From positions 1 to 64,000 of IMG/VR virus record IMGVR_UViG_3300014204_000145: DNA of 64,000 nt; one strand, given 5' to 3'. Shown here piece by piece: positions 29,142 to 37,852 of the stretch. The first letter of the stretch is position 1, and every line of letters begins with the position of its first letter. A program made the translations under genes and the position numbers. This stretch comes from a virus. Taxonomy: Duplodnaviria > Caudoviricetes. The notes beneath the pieces were generated by a model. It did no database searches and was not told the DNA's origin. It saw nothing but the letters and a program-made list of their open reading frames with translations.

Positions 29142-30653
29142 TTATTCTTCTTTTAAAATTAATTCTTCTTTTTCTACTTGTTCTTCTTCTTGTGCAGTAT
29201 AACAACTTGGACATAGAGTAAAGTCTCCTGAGACTTTTTCTGAATTTGTGTACTCTCCACATAAATCGCAAAGTATTAAACCGTCTTTACAATCATCACA
29301 ACATGCTAATCTTTCACCATCTAAAACTATAACTGTTACTTCCCTCTTTTTATGATAAGTATCGCATACGTCACAGTAGAAGTAGTCCTCTTCTAAACAT
29401 TTGTTACATACGTAATCACCTGAAGCTACTTCATTTGAACTTTTAGACCAAGTACCACAATCAACACACTCATAATAACCTGCTCTTTCAGCACATCCAG
29501 AACTGCAATATACATTATTGTCTATATAAATAGAATCTTTTTTATCATGCCATTCATCACACCTATCACAAGTATTAAATCTTTCATCTCTGCACTCAAT
29601 ACAATACCAAGCATCATTTACCCAACAACCGTCGTCTTCATCATAGTAATCTCCACAATCATCGCAACACATTCTATTATCTTCTTCATCTTCACCATGT
29701 ATATTACCACAACATTCATGAAGAATATAACTGTCATAACTATCATCCGTAGTTAAGGTGTCATCATCATTAAAATAATATAAAGTATCTGCATAAGGTA
29801 CACCTGTATTTGTTATAAATTCTGCAGCTTCTTTAGAAAGGTTTTTATAGATATCTTCCCCTATTTTTTCACCTGTTGGAGATAAAACTGAATCTGAAGA
29901 GAAGTTTCTGTGTAACCAACCTTTACTTTTAGCCACTTCTTGTAGTTGTAAATTAACTGTTTCTGTGCCATATATTCTATCTAAGAAAGTAAAGCGTTCT
30001 AAACTTTCATCACCATCATCATAAGTTTTTGTTACATCTTCCCATAATAAAGCTCTAAACAGCAGGTGCCCATTTTCATCAACACCATAAACGATTTTAC
30101 AAAGAAAATCATAAAGGGCAGAATAGTTTCTACATCCATAAGAGCTTTCTTTTCTCATACAAGAATTTTTTAAATATTCTCCTGCTTTATCTGAAGTAGG
30201 TAATGCATATATCTTAGAAGGTGATGTACTTATTTGATATTCTAATTCAGTATTAAGAGCTTGAATTGTATAATTAAAATGTTCTATTAAAGCATTAATC
30301 CAAACTTCTCGTTCAATATCATGCCAATGTGCATCAGAACTACAAAACAATTCTTGTATCAGCATTATAAATTTACCTGCTTTCATAGAAGACCTACCCT
30401 CTCTTACCCACTTACCTTGGTCATTTATAGGTTGTTCTCCTTTTTTAGTGTCCCAATACGTTATATTATTCTGTTTGTTTACACAAAAATAATTAAATTG
30501 TGTATTTATATCAATATTAACAGCATATTCTGTACACTGTGCATCTAAACAAGAAAAGGTATTGTTTAGGTCAATATCTATATGTACTCCTTTAACGATA
30601 AGTCGTATATTTTTAAACATACTGTAAACTTTATGACTTACTACTATTTGCAT
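29142..30653 (-). CDS. Hypothetical protein with C-terminal array of CxxC zinc-finger repeats
   Basis: More than ten CxxC/CCxxC pairs in the last ~180 aa. Confidence 0.7.
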   Translation of the reverse strand: MQIVVSHKVYSMFKNIRLIVKGVHIDIDLNNTFSCLDAQCTEYAVNIDINTQFNYFCVNKQNNITYWDTKKGEQPINDQGKWVREGRSSMKAGKFIMLIQELFCSSDAHWHDIEREVWINALIEHFNYTIQALNTELEYQISTSPSKIYALPTSDKAGEYLKNSCMRKESSYGCRNYSALYDFLCKIVYGVDENGHLLFRALLWEDVTKTYDDGDESLERFTFLDRIYGTETVNLQLQEVAKSKGWLHRNFSSDSVLSPTGEKIGEDIYKNLSKEAAEFITNTGVPYADTLYYFNDDDTLTTDDSYDSYILHECCGNIHGEDEEDNRMCCDDCGDYYDEDDGCWVNDAWYCIECRDERFNTCDRCDEWHDKKDSIYIDNNVYCSSGCAERAGYYECVDCGTWSKSSNEVASGDYVCNKCLEEDYFYCDVCDTYHKKREVTVIVLDGERLACCDDCKDGLILCDLCGEYTNSEKVSGDFTLCPSCYTAQEEEQVEKEELILKEE

Positions 30654-30966
30654 CTTTTAAAATTTTTAATTCTTCAATATTATATACTACTTTAATTCCT
30701 TTTTCTAATGCATGAGCAACTTCTATATCAGCTCCTGCAGATTCACCTGGTAATCTTAATAAAATATCACACATTTCTAACCACTGTAAGTCATATTGCA
30801 TCCATACTTCCCAAGATTTAGGAGATAAAAGATGTTGAAAAGCAACAAGTAGAGGTGCAAAAGGTGTAAATCCCAATTCAAGGATTTCATCAAATGTCGT
30901 CATTTGCGTTCGGACATTATCTATTTGGTCTCCTATGGTATAAGGAGATGCAATATAAACTTTCAT
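30631..30966 (-). CDS. Nucleoside 2-deoxyribosyltransferase-like (DUF4406/DUF1937) protein
   Basis: VYIASPYT…WLEMCDILLRLPGESAGADIEVAHA pattern. Confidence 0.7.
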   Translation of the reverse strand: MKVYIASPYTIGDQIDNVRTQMTTFDEILELGFTPFAPLLVAFQHLLSPKSWEVWMQYDLQWLEMCDILLRLPGESAGADIEVAHALEKGIKVVYNIEELKILKDANSSKS

Positions 30967-30980
30967 AAATTTTTATGTTA

Positions 30981-31268
30981 TTAGTTTTTAAATATGCTTC
31001 GGGGTGAAGCTCCTAAATGGTAATTGTAAGAAATAAACTGTTTATCTAATTTAGATGTGATTTTATATTTCTTATAAACTTCTTGTATAATCTCATCTGC
31101 TATGCTATTATCTAATACATATGCATCATAATCAATATGCTTCATACCTTTATCATCAATAAAAGCTTCTTCTAATAATTTGTCAAAATCAGCAGAAGGG
31201 GTAGCTCTTAAATAAGCTTGTTGAAAAACTTCATGCAAAGCTTTATTCTTTTTATCTAGTTTCTTCAT
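30981..31268 (-). CDS. Hypothetical protein (95 aa)
   Basis: ORF in co-directional string. Confidence 0.6.
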   Translation of the reverse strand: MKKLDKKNKALHEVFQQAYLRATPSADFDKLLEEAFIDDKGMKHIDYDAYVLDNSIADEIIQEVYKKYKITSKLDKQFISYNYHLGASPRSIFKN

Positions 31269-31518
31269 AACCTATTTTATCAATTATTTTATACCATTGT
31301 TGTCTATCACAATCATCACCTAAATTCCCAAACATTCTTTCATGTTCTAATATTTCTCTGCCAATTTGCTTTCGACTATGTGAATCTAAAGTATTCCAAT
31401 TAGACAGAATTTCTGACACAGCATGTGATGCCATATAAGTCTTTCTGCCTAAGGAATATCTAAAAATACACATTAAAGCCAACCATTTATCGCTGATTTT
31501 AATATCATCTCTGTTCAT
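31252..31518 (-). CDS. Hypothetical protein (88 aa)
   Basis: FRYSLGRKTY motif seen in small phage proteins; co-directional string. Confidence 0.6.
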   Translation of the reverse strand: MNRDDIKISDKWLALMCIFRYSLGRKTYMASHAVSEILSNWNTLDSHSRKQIGREILEHERMFGNLGDDCDRQQWYKIIDKIGYEETR

Positions 31519-31524
31519 AATTTG

Positions 31525-32355
31525 TTAAAATAAAATATGATTTACTTTATTACATTTTAATTTTTCATTGTGTGTATCTTCGATAAAATGTAATTCAACT
31601 ATACCTGAAGCTCTATTACCTTTATTAGTTTCAAAATGAAAACCATTACGTTTACCTTGAGTTTCTTGTTTAGCTGCAATATTTTGGATATACCACTTAT
31701 TTCTTTGTTCAAGAGTATTATTTTGACATAATACTTCGTGTCTAACAGGATGGATAAAACCATCATGAGTATGTTCTGTAATCCAAATATCTGCTGATGG
31801 ATATGTAGCTTTTGAAATATCAATACCAAGAGAACCTTTACTTCTAGTTCCCATAGAAAAAGGACTGTGACAAAAATGAATTACAAGTCTTGTTCTTTTA
31901 TTTCTTAATCCTACTGGAGTATTTAAAATAATATAACCTGTATATTCATGTATAGGCACATCTACACCACAAATAAGAGCTAATAAATCTATGTTATGAT
32001 GTTTGACTATAGAATTATCATGATTACCTCTATTCCAACTAATTATTCTATCTTTATAAGGTAAGATTATATCTTTTCTACTGTCTTCTATTACTTTGTT
32101 CGCATAATCGCTGCTATTGAATTTTTCTAATGTAGCCGTTTTACTTCCTCTTTTGTCATTAACAAATTGCATAACATCAATTGAATCTCCTCCTATTACT
32201 ATATAAGCATTGGGGTTGTCATCAAGATATTTTTTTACATGTTTCCACATAGAAAACTCAGAGTCTTTATGTAAATCTGAAATCCAAACTATTGAAAAGT
32301 TCTTCTGTTCAATTTTTACTTCTAAGACTTCATCAGATAATCTTTTTGTTATCAT
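31525..32355 (-). CDS. Calcineurin-like metallophosphoesterase (likely start ATG 32355, 276 aa)
   Basis: ISDLH, GGDSID, RGNHD, HTH motifs; the 35 upstream codons of the track ORF are low-complexity AT-rich leader. Confidence 0.75.
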   Translation of the reverse strand: MITKRLSDEVLEVKIEQKNFSIVWISDLHKDSEFSMWKHVKKYLDDNPNAYIVIGGDSIDVMQFVNDKRGSKTATLEKFNSSDYANKVIEDSRKDIILPYKDRIISWNRGNHDNSIVKHHNIDLLALICGVDVPIHEYTGYIILNTPVGLRNKRTRLVIHFCHSPFSMGTRSKGSLGIDISKATYPSADIWITEHTHDGFIHPVRHEVLCQNNTLEQRNKWYIQNIAAKQETQGKRNGFHFETNKGNRASGIVELHFIEDTHNEKLKCNKVNHILF

Positions 32356-32653
32356 AATTAAAATATTAAAGGTTTTAAAAAGAGTAGTATACTCCCATAA
32401 GAATTTTATTTTCTGTAAAAGTATACTATTTCTTTTTAAAATCAAAATGTTATATGCCAAAACATATAATTTACCTTAAAATCACATTATTATATGTAAA
32501 CACATATAATGCGGACTATTTTGAACATTATGCATAGGTTTTGTGCATTATAATACACATTTTAGTATGATTTCTCATGCATTAAAGCATAAAATAACAC
32601 TTAGTGCATTATATCTCATTCATTTTTAGTTAGTTGTATTGTTTTTGTGGGTA

Positions 32654-32661
32654 CAAATATA
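32654..32661 (-). promoter_or_regulatory. -7 promoter element TATATTTG
   Basis: Exact TAnnTTTG in non-coding DNA upstream of the phosphoesterase operon. Confidence 0.5.
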
Positions 32662-32669
32662 TAACTTAG

Positions 32670-32685
32670 CAACGAGTTAGCAAAT
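32670..32685 (-). other. Truncated attC-like site C (ATTTGCTAAC-TCGTTG)
   Basis: Follows the TAG of the 83-aa gene; ATTTGCTAA is 8/9 complementary to TTAACAAAT at that cassette's start; no partner arm found. Confidence 0.45.
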
Positions 32686-32688
32686 ATA

Positions 32689-32940
32689 CTATAAGACACT
32701 TACGTCTTTGTTTTTCGCTTTTACGTGTTGTTTTATTTTCGTGAATAGTTTTGTATATGCTTTTGATGTTTGAGCATCATTTAAAATATTGTCAAACATT
32801 AATTGAACTATTGCATTTCTCGATTTTTCAAAGTCTTTTACTTTTTCTTTTGAGAAATTTAGTTTTTGGTCTTTAAGTTGTTTCCCTATTGTTGGAGCTA
32901 AACAACTAAAATGTATTCCGAATGTCTTTTTTTGTTCCAT
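32689..32940 (-). CDS. Hypothetical protein (83 aa), cassette-like gene 2
   Basis: ORF bounded by attC-like elements B and C. Confidence 0.65.
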   Translation of the reverse strand: MEQKKTFGIHFSCLAPTIGKQLKDQKLNFSKEKVKDFEKSRNAIVQLMFDNILNDAQTSKAYTKLFTKIKQHVKAKNKDVSVL

Positions 32941-32973
32941 AATATTGTATTTATTAGATTAATTACTAAGTAC

Positions 32974-33068
32974 ATTTGTTAACAATTTGTAAAAAACAAA
33001 GCTGGATAGCTCTATAAAACTTGATAAGTAACGGTTAGCTTCGTTTCTTACAAGTCAACGTTACCTGC
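32974..33068 (-). other. attC-like hairpin site B
   Basis: GCAGGTAAC-N6-TTGTAAGAAACGAAGCT…AGCTTTGTTTTTTACAA-N3-GTTAACAAAT; 17-bp stem with two G·T pairs. Confidence 0.6.
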
Positions 33069-33072
33069 AATG

Positions 33073-33351
33073 CTAATCGACAATGTAGTCGTAAATTTTA
33101 GGATTAGCACATTTACCTTCAAGTAATTCACAGCTTGTAGGCGTGATTATTGCTGTTACGTGCGGGTGTTCATTTTCACACAACCATTTTATCAAAGGTC
33201 TTGCCGCTTTCTCAAAGGGTATTAAATGGTCTTTCTCTTTGTTGTCAATCCCGTTTCCTTCATAAAATTTACAATGAGGATAACCTCTTTCTTTGCAAGA
33301 ATTCATAATTGTGCAAGTTTCTTTTTTCAAGCAATTACTGCATTTTTTCAT
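33073..33351 (-). CDS. Hypothetical Cys-rich protein (92 aa), cassette-like gene 1
   Basis: CSNC…C…C…C motif; bounded by attC-like elements A and B. Confidence 0.65.
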   Translation of the reverse strand: MKKCSNCLKKETCTIMNSCKERGYPHCKFYEGNGIDNKEKDHLIPFEKAARPLIKWLCENEHPHVTAIITPTSCELLEGKCANPKIYDYIVD

Positions 33352-33389
33352 TTTTATATTTGTTTTAAAATTAATACTAATAAAGCCAA

Positions 33390-33456
33390 GCAGGTAATAC
33401 CTTGTATGTAAAATTCCGCTACGTTACACTTTACATACAATCGTTCGTTATATTTC
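33390..33456 (-). other. attC-like hairpin site A
   Basis: GAAATATAAC-N6-TTGTATGTAAAG…TTTTACATACAA-N3-ATTACCTGC; same 6/3 spacing and TTGTA/TACAA arms as site B. Confidence 0.55.
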
Positions 33457-33462
33457 ACACCA

Positions 33463-33491
33463 CTAAGATACAAAACATTTAACAATATCAA
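33463..33491 (-). promoter_or_regulatory. Candidate promoter just upstream of the cassette-like array
   Basis: TTG-N18-TATCTTAG, a one-base variant of TAnnTTTG. Confidence 0.35.
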
Positions 33492-33510
33492 CTATTCTGA
33501 TAACAGTATA

Positions 33511-33765
33511 TTATAACTCATCAATTAGTAAAAATTTCTTTTTACTCCAAACACAATCATAATATCTTCCATTTTTACACATAAAAATCCTATAAAGATT
33601 TTTAGCTACTTTTTCTTGTGATAATACTATATAATCACAAGTGTCAGTATGTAGTGTTCTTGCCTCTTTATTATAATATGTTCCATTATCTTTGATATTT
33701 TGGGACATACTTTGTAAAGAAACTAGCATTAATACTAATATTAATATAATATACTTTTTCATCAA
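33511..33765 (-). CDS. Small secreted protein (signal peptide)
   Basis: MMKKYIILILVLMLVSLQSMSQ N-terminus. Confidence 0.6.
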   Translation of the reverse strand: MMKKYIILILVLMLVSLQSMSQNIKDNGTYYNKEARTLHTDTCDYIVLSQEKVAKNLYRIFMCKNGRYYDCVWSKKKFLLIDEL

Positions 33766-34013
33766 TCAAATTCAGCTAAAGTTTTCTCTCTGTTTTGAAG
33801 GACACAAGCCAGTGCAGATATAACATCACAAGGATAGTTTCTAATCTTACCATTGACAATCATACAAGTATTACAACCCATAGCATCATTAAATTTAGCC
33901 TTAGTCACTTTAGGAAATAACTTTATCAATTGAATTAATTCTTCTTCAGTAAATCCCCATTCAGATTCTCTAGGAAATGCTGAAACTACCTTTTCAATAT
34001 CTATTGTTTGCAT
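33762..34013 (-). CDS. Hypothetical protein (83 aa)
   Basis: Overlap-coupled ORF in string. Confidence 0.6.
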   Translation of the reverse strand: MQTIDIEKVVSAFPRESEWGFTEEELIQLIKLFPKVTKAKFNDAMGCNTCMIVNGKIRNYPCDVISALACVLQNREKTLAEFD

Positions 34014-34198
34014 ACTGTATGTTTATAACGTACACTTCTAATACCTAAAGTAATAATACTTAGGATAATACTAACTACAGAGATTTTAGGAGTTTCTAAA
34101 ACTGTGAAGTTCCCTTTCTTTGTTTTAAGTAATGAAAATCTACTATGAGATTTTTTGTGATAAATAACCTTAAAAGGTTTTTTTGCTATTTTTACCAT
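34001..34198 (-). CDS. Hypothetical protein (65 aa), one hydrophobic segment
   Basis: ORF in string. Confidence 0.45.
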   Translation of the reverse strand: MVKIAKKPFKVIYHKKSHSRFSLLKTKKGNFTVLETPKISVVSIILSIITLGIRSVRYKHTVCKQ

Positions 34199-34587
34199 AA
34201 TTCTATTATTTTTTTAAGTTCTGTTACTTGTTTTTCTATCTTACTATCTGTAATAATAAGATTAACTATACTCTGATAAGCTCTTACTACATAAGATTCT
34301 TTTACCTCTCCTATAATCTCTCCTATTTTATCATCAGTATCATCAGTGTATTCTCTAGCTAAATAAATTAATATCATTCTTTTAGAAGAGATTACTCTAG
34401 ACCTATTCTTCTCTAAGAAAAATTCAGGAGGTTGAGCATAATATTGACAACCTATTTCTAAGATATCTTTAGCCCAAATAGGTTTAGATTTATGTACTTG
34501 AAAAGGTATGTTTAATTTCAGAAATAAATCTAAGATAAAATCTTGTACCTCTCCTTGAGGTAATTTTACTACTGCTGTTAAATCCAT
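34192..34587 (-). CDS. DnaA domain-IV-like HTH DNA-binding protein
   Basis: ILEIGCQYY…KNRSRVISSKRMILIYLAREYT…KIGEIIG…VVRAY..I..LI..D aligns by eye with Bac_DnaA_C. Confidence 0.65.
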   Translation of the reverse strand: MDLTAVVKLPQGEVQDFILDLFLKLNIPFQVHKSKPIWAKDILEIGCQYYAQPPEFFLEKNRSRVISSKRMILIYLAREYTDDTDDKIGEIIGEVKESYVVRAYQSIVNLIITDSKIEKQVTELKKIIELW

Positions 34588-34902
34588 TTAAGCAATTAAC
34601 AAGAAATCTTCCATAGTCATTATACCTTCAGCACCATCATACTCTGTAATTTTAAAAGCCGTACCAACAGTTATCCAACGAATTACTAAATCACAAGCAC
34701 CTCCACAATAGATATCTTCAATTCCTAAGTTTTCTTTTACCCAATCTTCATCAATGTCTTCTTGTCTGTTTTGCTCAACCATTTCTACTAATTTTGGGTT
34801 AAATAGTAGTTCTGGGTACTCTGTATTCCATGAATACCATCCTGCACCAAACCCTTGTGAAATAAGCACAGCTACTTCACCATTTCTAATTACTTTTTCC
34901 AT
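34588..34902 (-). CDS. Conserved phage hypothetical protein
   Basis: VAVLISQGFGAGWYSWN…EYDGAE motif seen in many phages. Confidence 0.7.
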   Translation of the reverse strand: MEKVIRNGEVAVLISQGFGAGWYSWNTEYPELLFNPKLVEMVEQNRQEDIDEDWVKENLGIEDIYCGGACDLVIRWITVGTAFKITEYDGAEGIMTMEDFLLIA

Positions 34903-34903
34903 A

Positions 34904-35062
34904 TTATTTATTTTTCTTTACTTTAGTATAAACTTTAGTTCTTGATTTACAATTTATAAAATCATTCCACCTTTCATTTTTCTTACAAACTCTGTTGAAA
35001 TATTCTGTACCGTCATCAAATTTTGCATTGAATAAATCACCTTCTCTTATAGTGTCATCCAT
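34904..35062 (-). CDS. Small hypothetical protein (52 aa), below track threshold
   Basis: ATG…TAA read manually; fills the gap with tight spacing. Confidence 0.5.
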   Translation of the reverse strand: MDDTIREGDLFNAKFDDGTEYFNRVCKKNERWNDFINCKSRTKVYTKVKKNK

Positions 35063-35065
35063 ATT

Positions 35066-35242
35066 TTAATCTTGAAAATGTTTAATAATAGGTTCATAAT
35101 CATCGTCTTCTTTATTATCTTTCCATCTTGAAAATAACGAAAAATCTTCTTCGTCTTCATCTTCTTTCCAATGTGAAAATATATTTATTGGTTCAAAGTC
35201 GTCTTCTGAATCTTCAAGCCAATTTTTACCAAACATTGCCAT
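35066..35242 (-). CDS. Small highly acidic protein (58 aa), below track threshold
   Basis: MAMFGKNWLEDSEDDFEPINIFSHWKEDEDEEDFSLFSRWKDNKEDDDYEPIIKHFQD; 20/58 residues D/E. Confidence 0.6.
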   Translation of the reverse strand: MAMFGKNWLEDSEDDFEPINIFSHWKEDEDEEDFSLFSRWKDNKEDDDYEPIIKHFQD

Positions 35243-35386
35243 AATTCTATTTTAAATTAAAATACTCACCACACTCATTACATAAAATATCTAAAACAGG
35301 TAAATCAGGTTGAGTGTAATCATAATTAATATGTAAATTTTCTTTTTCACCACATTTAGGGCAAATGATTTCATCTTCTTCCATAG

Positions 35387-36016
35387 CTAAGGTTCTAAAA
35401 ATTTTTGTGTTATAACTGTTTTAACTTCTTCATAAGAATAGGGTGTAGGATTAAAGAAACCATCTTTTGTTCTTGTATCAACTCCAACATCTATTGCATT
35501 CCATGAGGGATGTTTATAAGAATTATGACAGTGTCCATATAGATGAAAACTGCCTCTTTCTTTACCTGCCCATGAAGCCATAGGGAAATGACACATTACA
35601 ATATCTTGTTCTGCACCTTTAGCATCTTCATCATAAACTTTTATCTCTAATATATCACAAGTTTCTAAAGGAGAAGCTTTAGCTGTATTATTTTTAATAA
35701 AACATTTATCATGATTACCTCTTATATGGTATATTTGACCATTAAGTTGGTCTATGATTTGTTGATATTTATGAGGAGAGTCACTCCATATAAAGTCTCC
35801 TAGCATAAATACAGCATCTCCATCACTCACTGCATCATTCCAACATCTTATCATTAAACTATTCATATCTTCAGTTGTAAGGTGTTTAGGCTTTTTAGAA
35901 CCTAAATCCTTATAACTAAAGTATCTCTTAGCATAATCCAAAATATTTGCGTGGTGAAAATGTGGGTCGGACAGAAAAAATATTCTATCTTTATTAAAAG
36001 GTGTTTTTATTCTCAT
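35387..36016 (-). CDS. Calcineurin-like metallophosphoesterase
   Basis: SDPHF, LGDF, RGNHD, HFP, YGHCH motifs. Confidence 0.85.
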   Translation of the reverse strand: MRIKTPFNKDRIFFLSDPHFHHANILDYAKRYFSYKDLGSKKPKHLTTEDMNSLMIRCWNDAVSDGDAVFMLGDFIWSDSPHKYQQIIDQLNGQIYHIRGNHDKCFIKNNTAKASPLETCDILEIKVYDEDAKGAEQDIVMCHFPMASWAGKERGSFHLYGHCHNSYKHPSWNAIDVGVDTRTKDGFFNPTPYSYEEVKTVITQKFLEP

Positions 36017-36407
36017 AATTTTTCAATTTTCTTAGTAAATATTTTGAATTCTTAGACTTACCTAATAGGTTTGTACCTTTAAATAAGTAGTATATAGCAT
36101 CTTTTACATACATCTTATATAAACCATGTTTTTCAAAAAGGTTTATTTGATATCTGTACATTCCTCTTCTAACTATTATAGGAGTTCCAAGTTTAATGTT
36201 TAACTCTAAACCTAACATAGCAAAATCAAAAGATATCATACCATATTGACCTGTATAACATACAATTCTTCTCTCTGAAGATTTGACATAACTTAAACTA
36301 ACTAAGAATTCTTCAAGGTCTTTTTTAGTTAATTTTTTATATTTAACTATCTTATGTTTACCTATTTCCATAAATTCTAATTGTTTTCCAATATCTATCA
36401 AAGCCAT
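35994..36407 (-). CDS. Hypothetical protein
   Basis: ORF in string; true start may be internal. Confidence 0.5.
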   Translation of the reverse strand: MALIDIGKQLEFMEIGKHKIVKYKKLTKKDLEEFLVSLSYVKSSERRIVCYTGQYGMISFDFAMLGLELNIKLGTPIIVRRGMYRYQINLFEKHGLYKMYVKDAIYYLFKGTNLLGKSKNSKYLLRKLKNYENKNTF

Positions 36408-36558
36408 CCATACTTGAATACTCTATAATATATCTCTGTTGTACGTAATAAAATTCTAACCAAATAATAACATTGTTACCAATATTTGTAGGAAATAGTG
36501 CAAAACGTCTTTTAAGTCTTGTATCACCCTCTTTAGGGCTCCTATCTAACCATTTCAT
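36358..36558 (-). CDS. Hypothetical protein (66 aa)
   Basis: RRFALFPT…WLEFY motif common in small phage proteins. Confidence 0.6.
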   Translation of the reverse strand: MKWLDRSPKEGDTRLKRRFALFPTNIGNNVIIWLEFYYVQQRYIIEYSSMDGFDRYWKTIRIYGNR

Positions 36559-36782
36559 TAATCTTGCATTGTTAAAACTTCAATTAAATTATCTAATCTT
36601 TCAATAGTATTAAACATACCTAGAGGTATTTCATCTCCATTAAATCCACAAAGACTTACGTCACCTGTAGAGTATACTACAAGTTGTAGTCCTTCGTACA
36701 ATTCTTTAGTATGTATATCACATACATCTAAATTGATAGTACTAAAATTTCTATCTTTTAATAAATCTTTTGTTATTTGCAT
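36558..36782 (-). CDS. Hypothetical protein (74 aa)
   Basis: Coupled ORF in string. Confidence 0.55.
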   Translation of the reverse strand: MQITKDLLKDRNFSTINLDVCDIHTKELYEGLQLVVYSTGDVSLCGFNGDEIPLGMFNTIERLDNLIEVLTMQD

Positions 36783-37228
36783 GGTATTAGTTTTAAAGCG
36801 TTAAATAAAGCTAGTTCAAGAGCATCTTCATAAGACTTTTTACAAGATATACTACACGCAGCTCCAGTTGTTTTAAAATTATTGTCTGTAACATAAATAT
36901 TACAATCCCAAAGATTTTTTACACCTGAACATGGATAAATTTGGAAATGAAATTTTCTTCCTTGTTTTTCTCTTAACCACTTTTGTAAAACAGATTGTGT
37001 TGGAGCAGTACAAACAAAGTCAGGTTCAAATATTTCTTCTGGATACAATTTTGCTCTTGTTTCTTTTGTTCGTGTATTTCTAGTAAATATCTCAGAATTA
37101 CTTGCAGTAAATTGCCACCAATGATAATGAAAATCTCTTAACTCTTTTTCTGGACTAAAACCTTCTGTACAATCTTCGTCAAACCCTTTTTCTTTAGCTA
37201 ATAGTGCTGTTTTATACGATACATTCAT
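36773..37228 (-). CDS. Bacteroidota-phage hypothetical protein, paralogue of 50630-50989
   Basis: A.LAKEKGFD…APT…KWLREK…EDALE.AL pattern shared with 50630-50989. Confidence 0.7.
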   Translation of the reverse strand: MNVSYKTALLAKEKGFDEDCTEGFSPEKELRDFHYHWWQFTASNSEIFTRNTRTKETRAKLYPEEIFEPDFVCTAPTQSVLQKWLREKQGRKFHFQIYPCSGVKNLWDCNIYVTDNNFKTTGAACSISCKKSYEDALELALFNALKLIPCK

Positions 37229-37229
37229 A

Positions 37230-37499
37230 TCAATCTATTATTAAATATTTATATTGTAAGAATAATACCCCATTTAAGAAATTACTTAAAATAAGCCCTT
37301 CTGAGCTATTAGGAATATTAACTTGTTTAGTTAGGTCTATTATAATTAAACCTTGTTTATTTCGCTTAAAATTGACTTCAAAAGCCTTAAGAACATTAAC
37401 ACCTTCAAAGATGCTATCCAATTTCTCTTTGCAGAGATAAAGGATAGTTCTTTGAGATTGTTCTTCTTGTTGTTTTAAATAATCATTAATACTTATCAT
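37230..37499 (-). CDS. Hypothetical protein (89 aa)
   Basis: ORF in string. Confidence 0.55.
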   Translation of the reverse strand: MISINDYLKQQEEQSQRTILYLCKEKLDSIFEGVNVLKAFEVNFKRNKQGLIIIDLTKQVNIPNSSEGLILSNFLNGVLFLQYKYLIID

Positions 37500-37798
37500 A
37501 AGACATCTTTATAAGTTTTAAAACATTTACAACAATAATTCTTTTCTTCTATAAGATAAGATTTATTACTTCTTTTACCACACCAAAAGCATTTATGAGG
37601 CCTAATAGTTAAACCTAAATTTTCAGATTCTTTATCCCAAAAATCTATTAATCCTTGAATATGTTCTCTAATAGCAAAATGAAAATTTCTTTCCGTAGTT
37701 GTTAAATGTGGGTCATTATAAGGACTAAAAATTGCTATAGCCCCCATCAATCTTCTTTTATGATAGTTTCTTTTCTGTGCTAAAGTCTGTTTATTCAT
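37496..37798 (-). CDS. Hypothetical protein with CxxC…CxxC zinc finger
   Basis: CFWC…CCKC. Confidence 0.6.
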   Translation of the reverse strand: MNKQTLAQKRNYHKRRLMGAIAIFSPYNDPHLTTTERNFHFAIREHIQGLIDFWDKESENLGLTIRPHKCFWCGKRSNKSYLIEEKNYCCKCFKTYKDVL

Positions 37799-37852
37799 AA
37801 TAATAATTTTAAGAATTATAACCTTCTACTTCTTCCCATTTATAATATCTAA

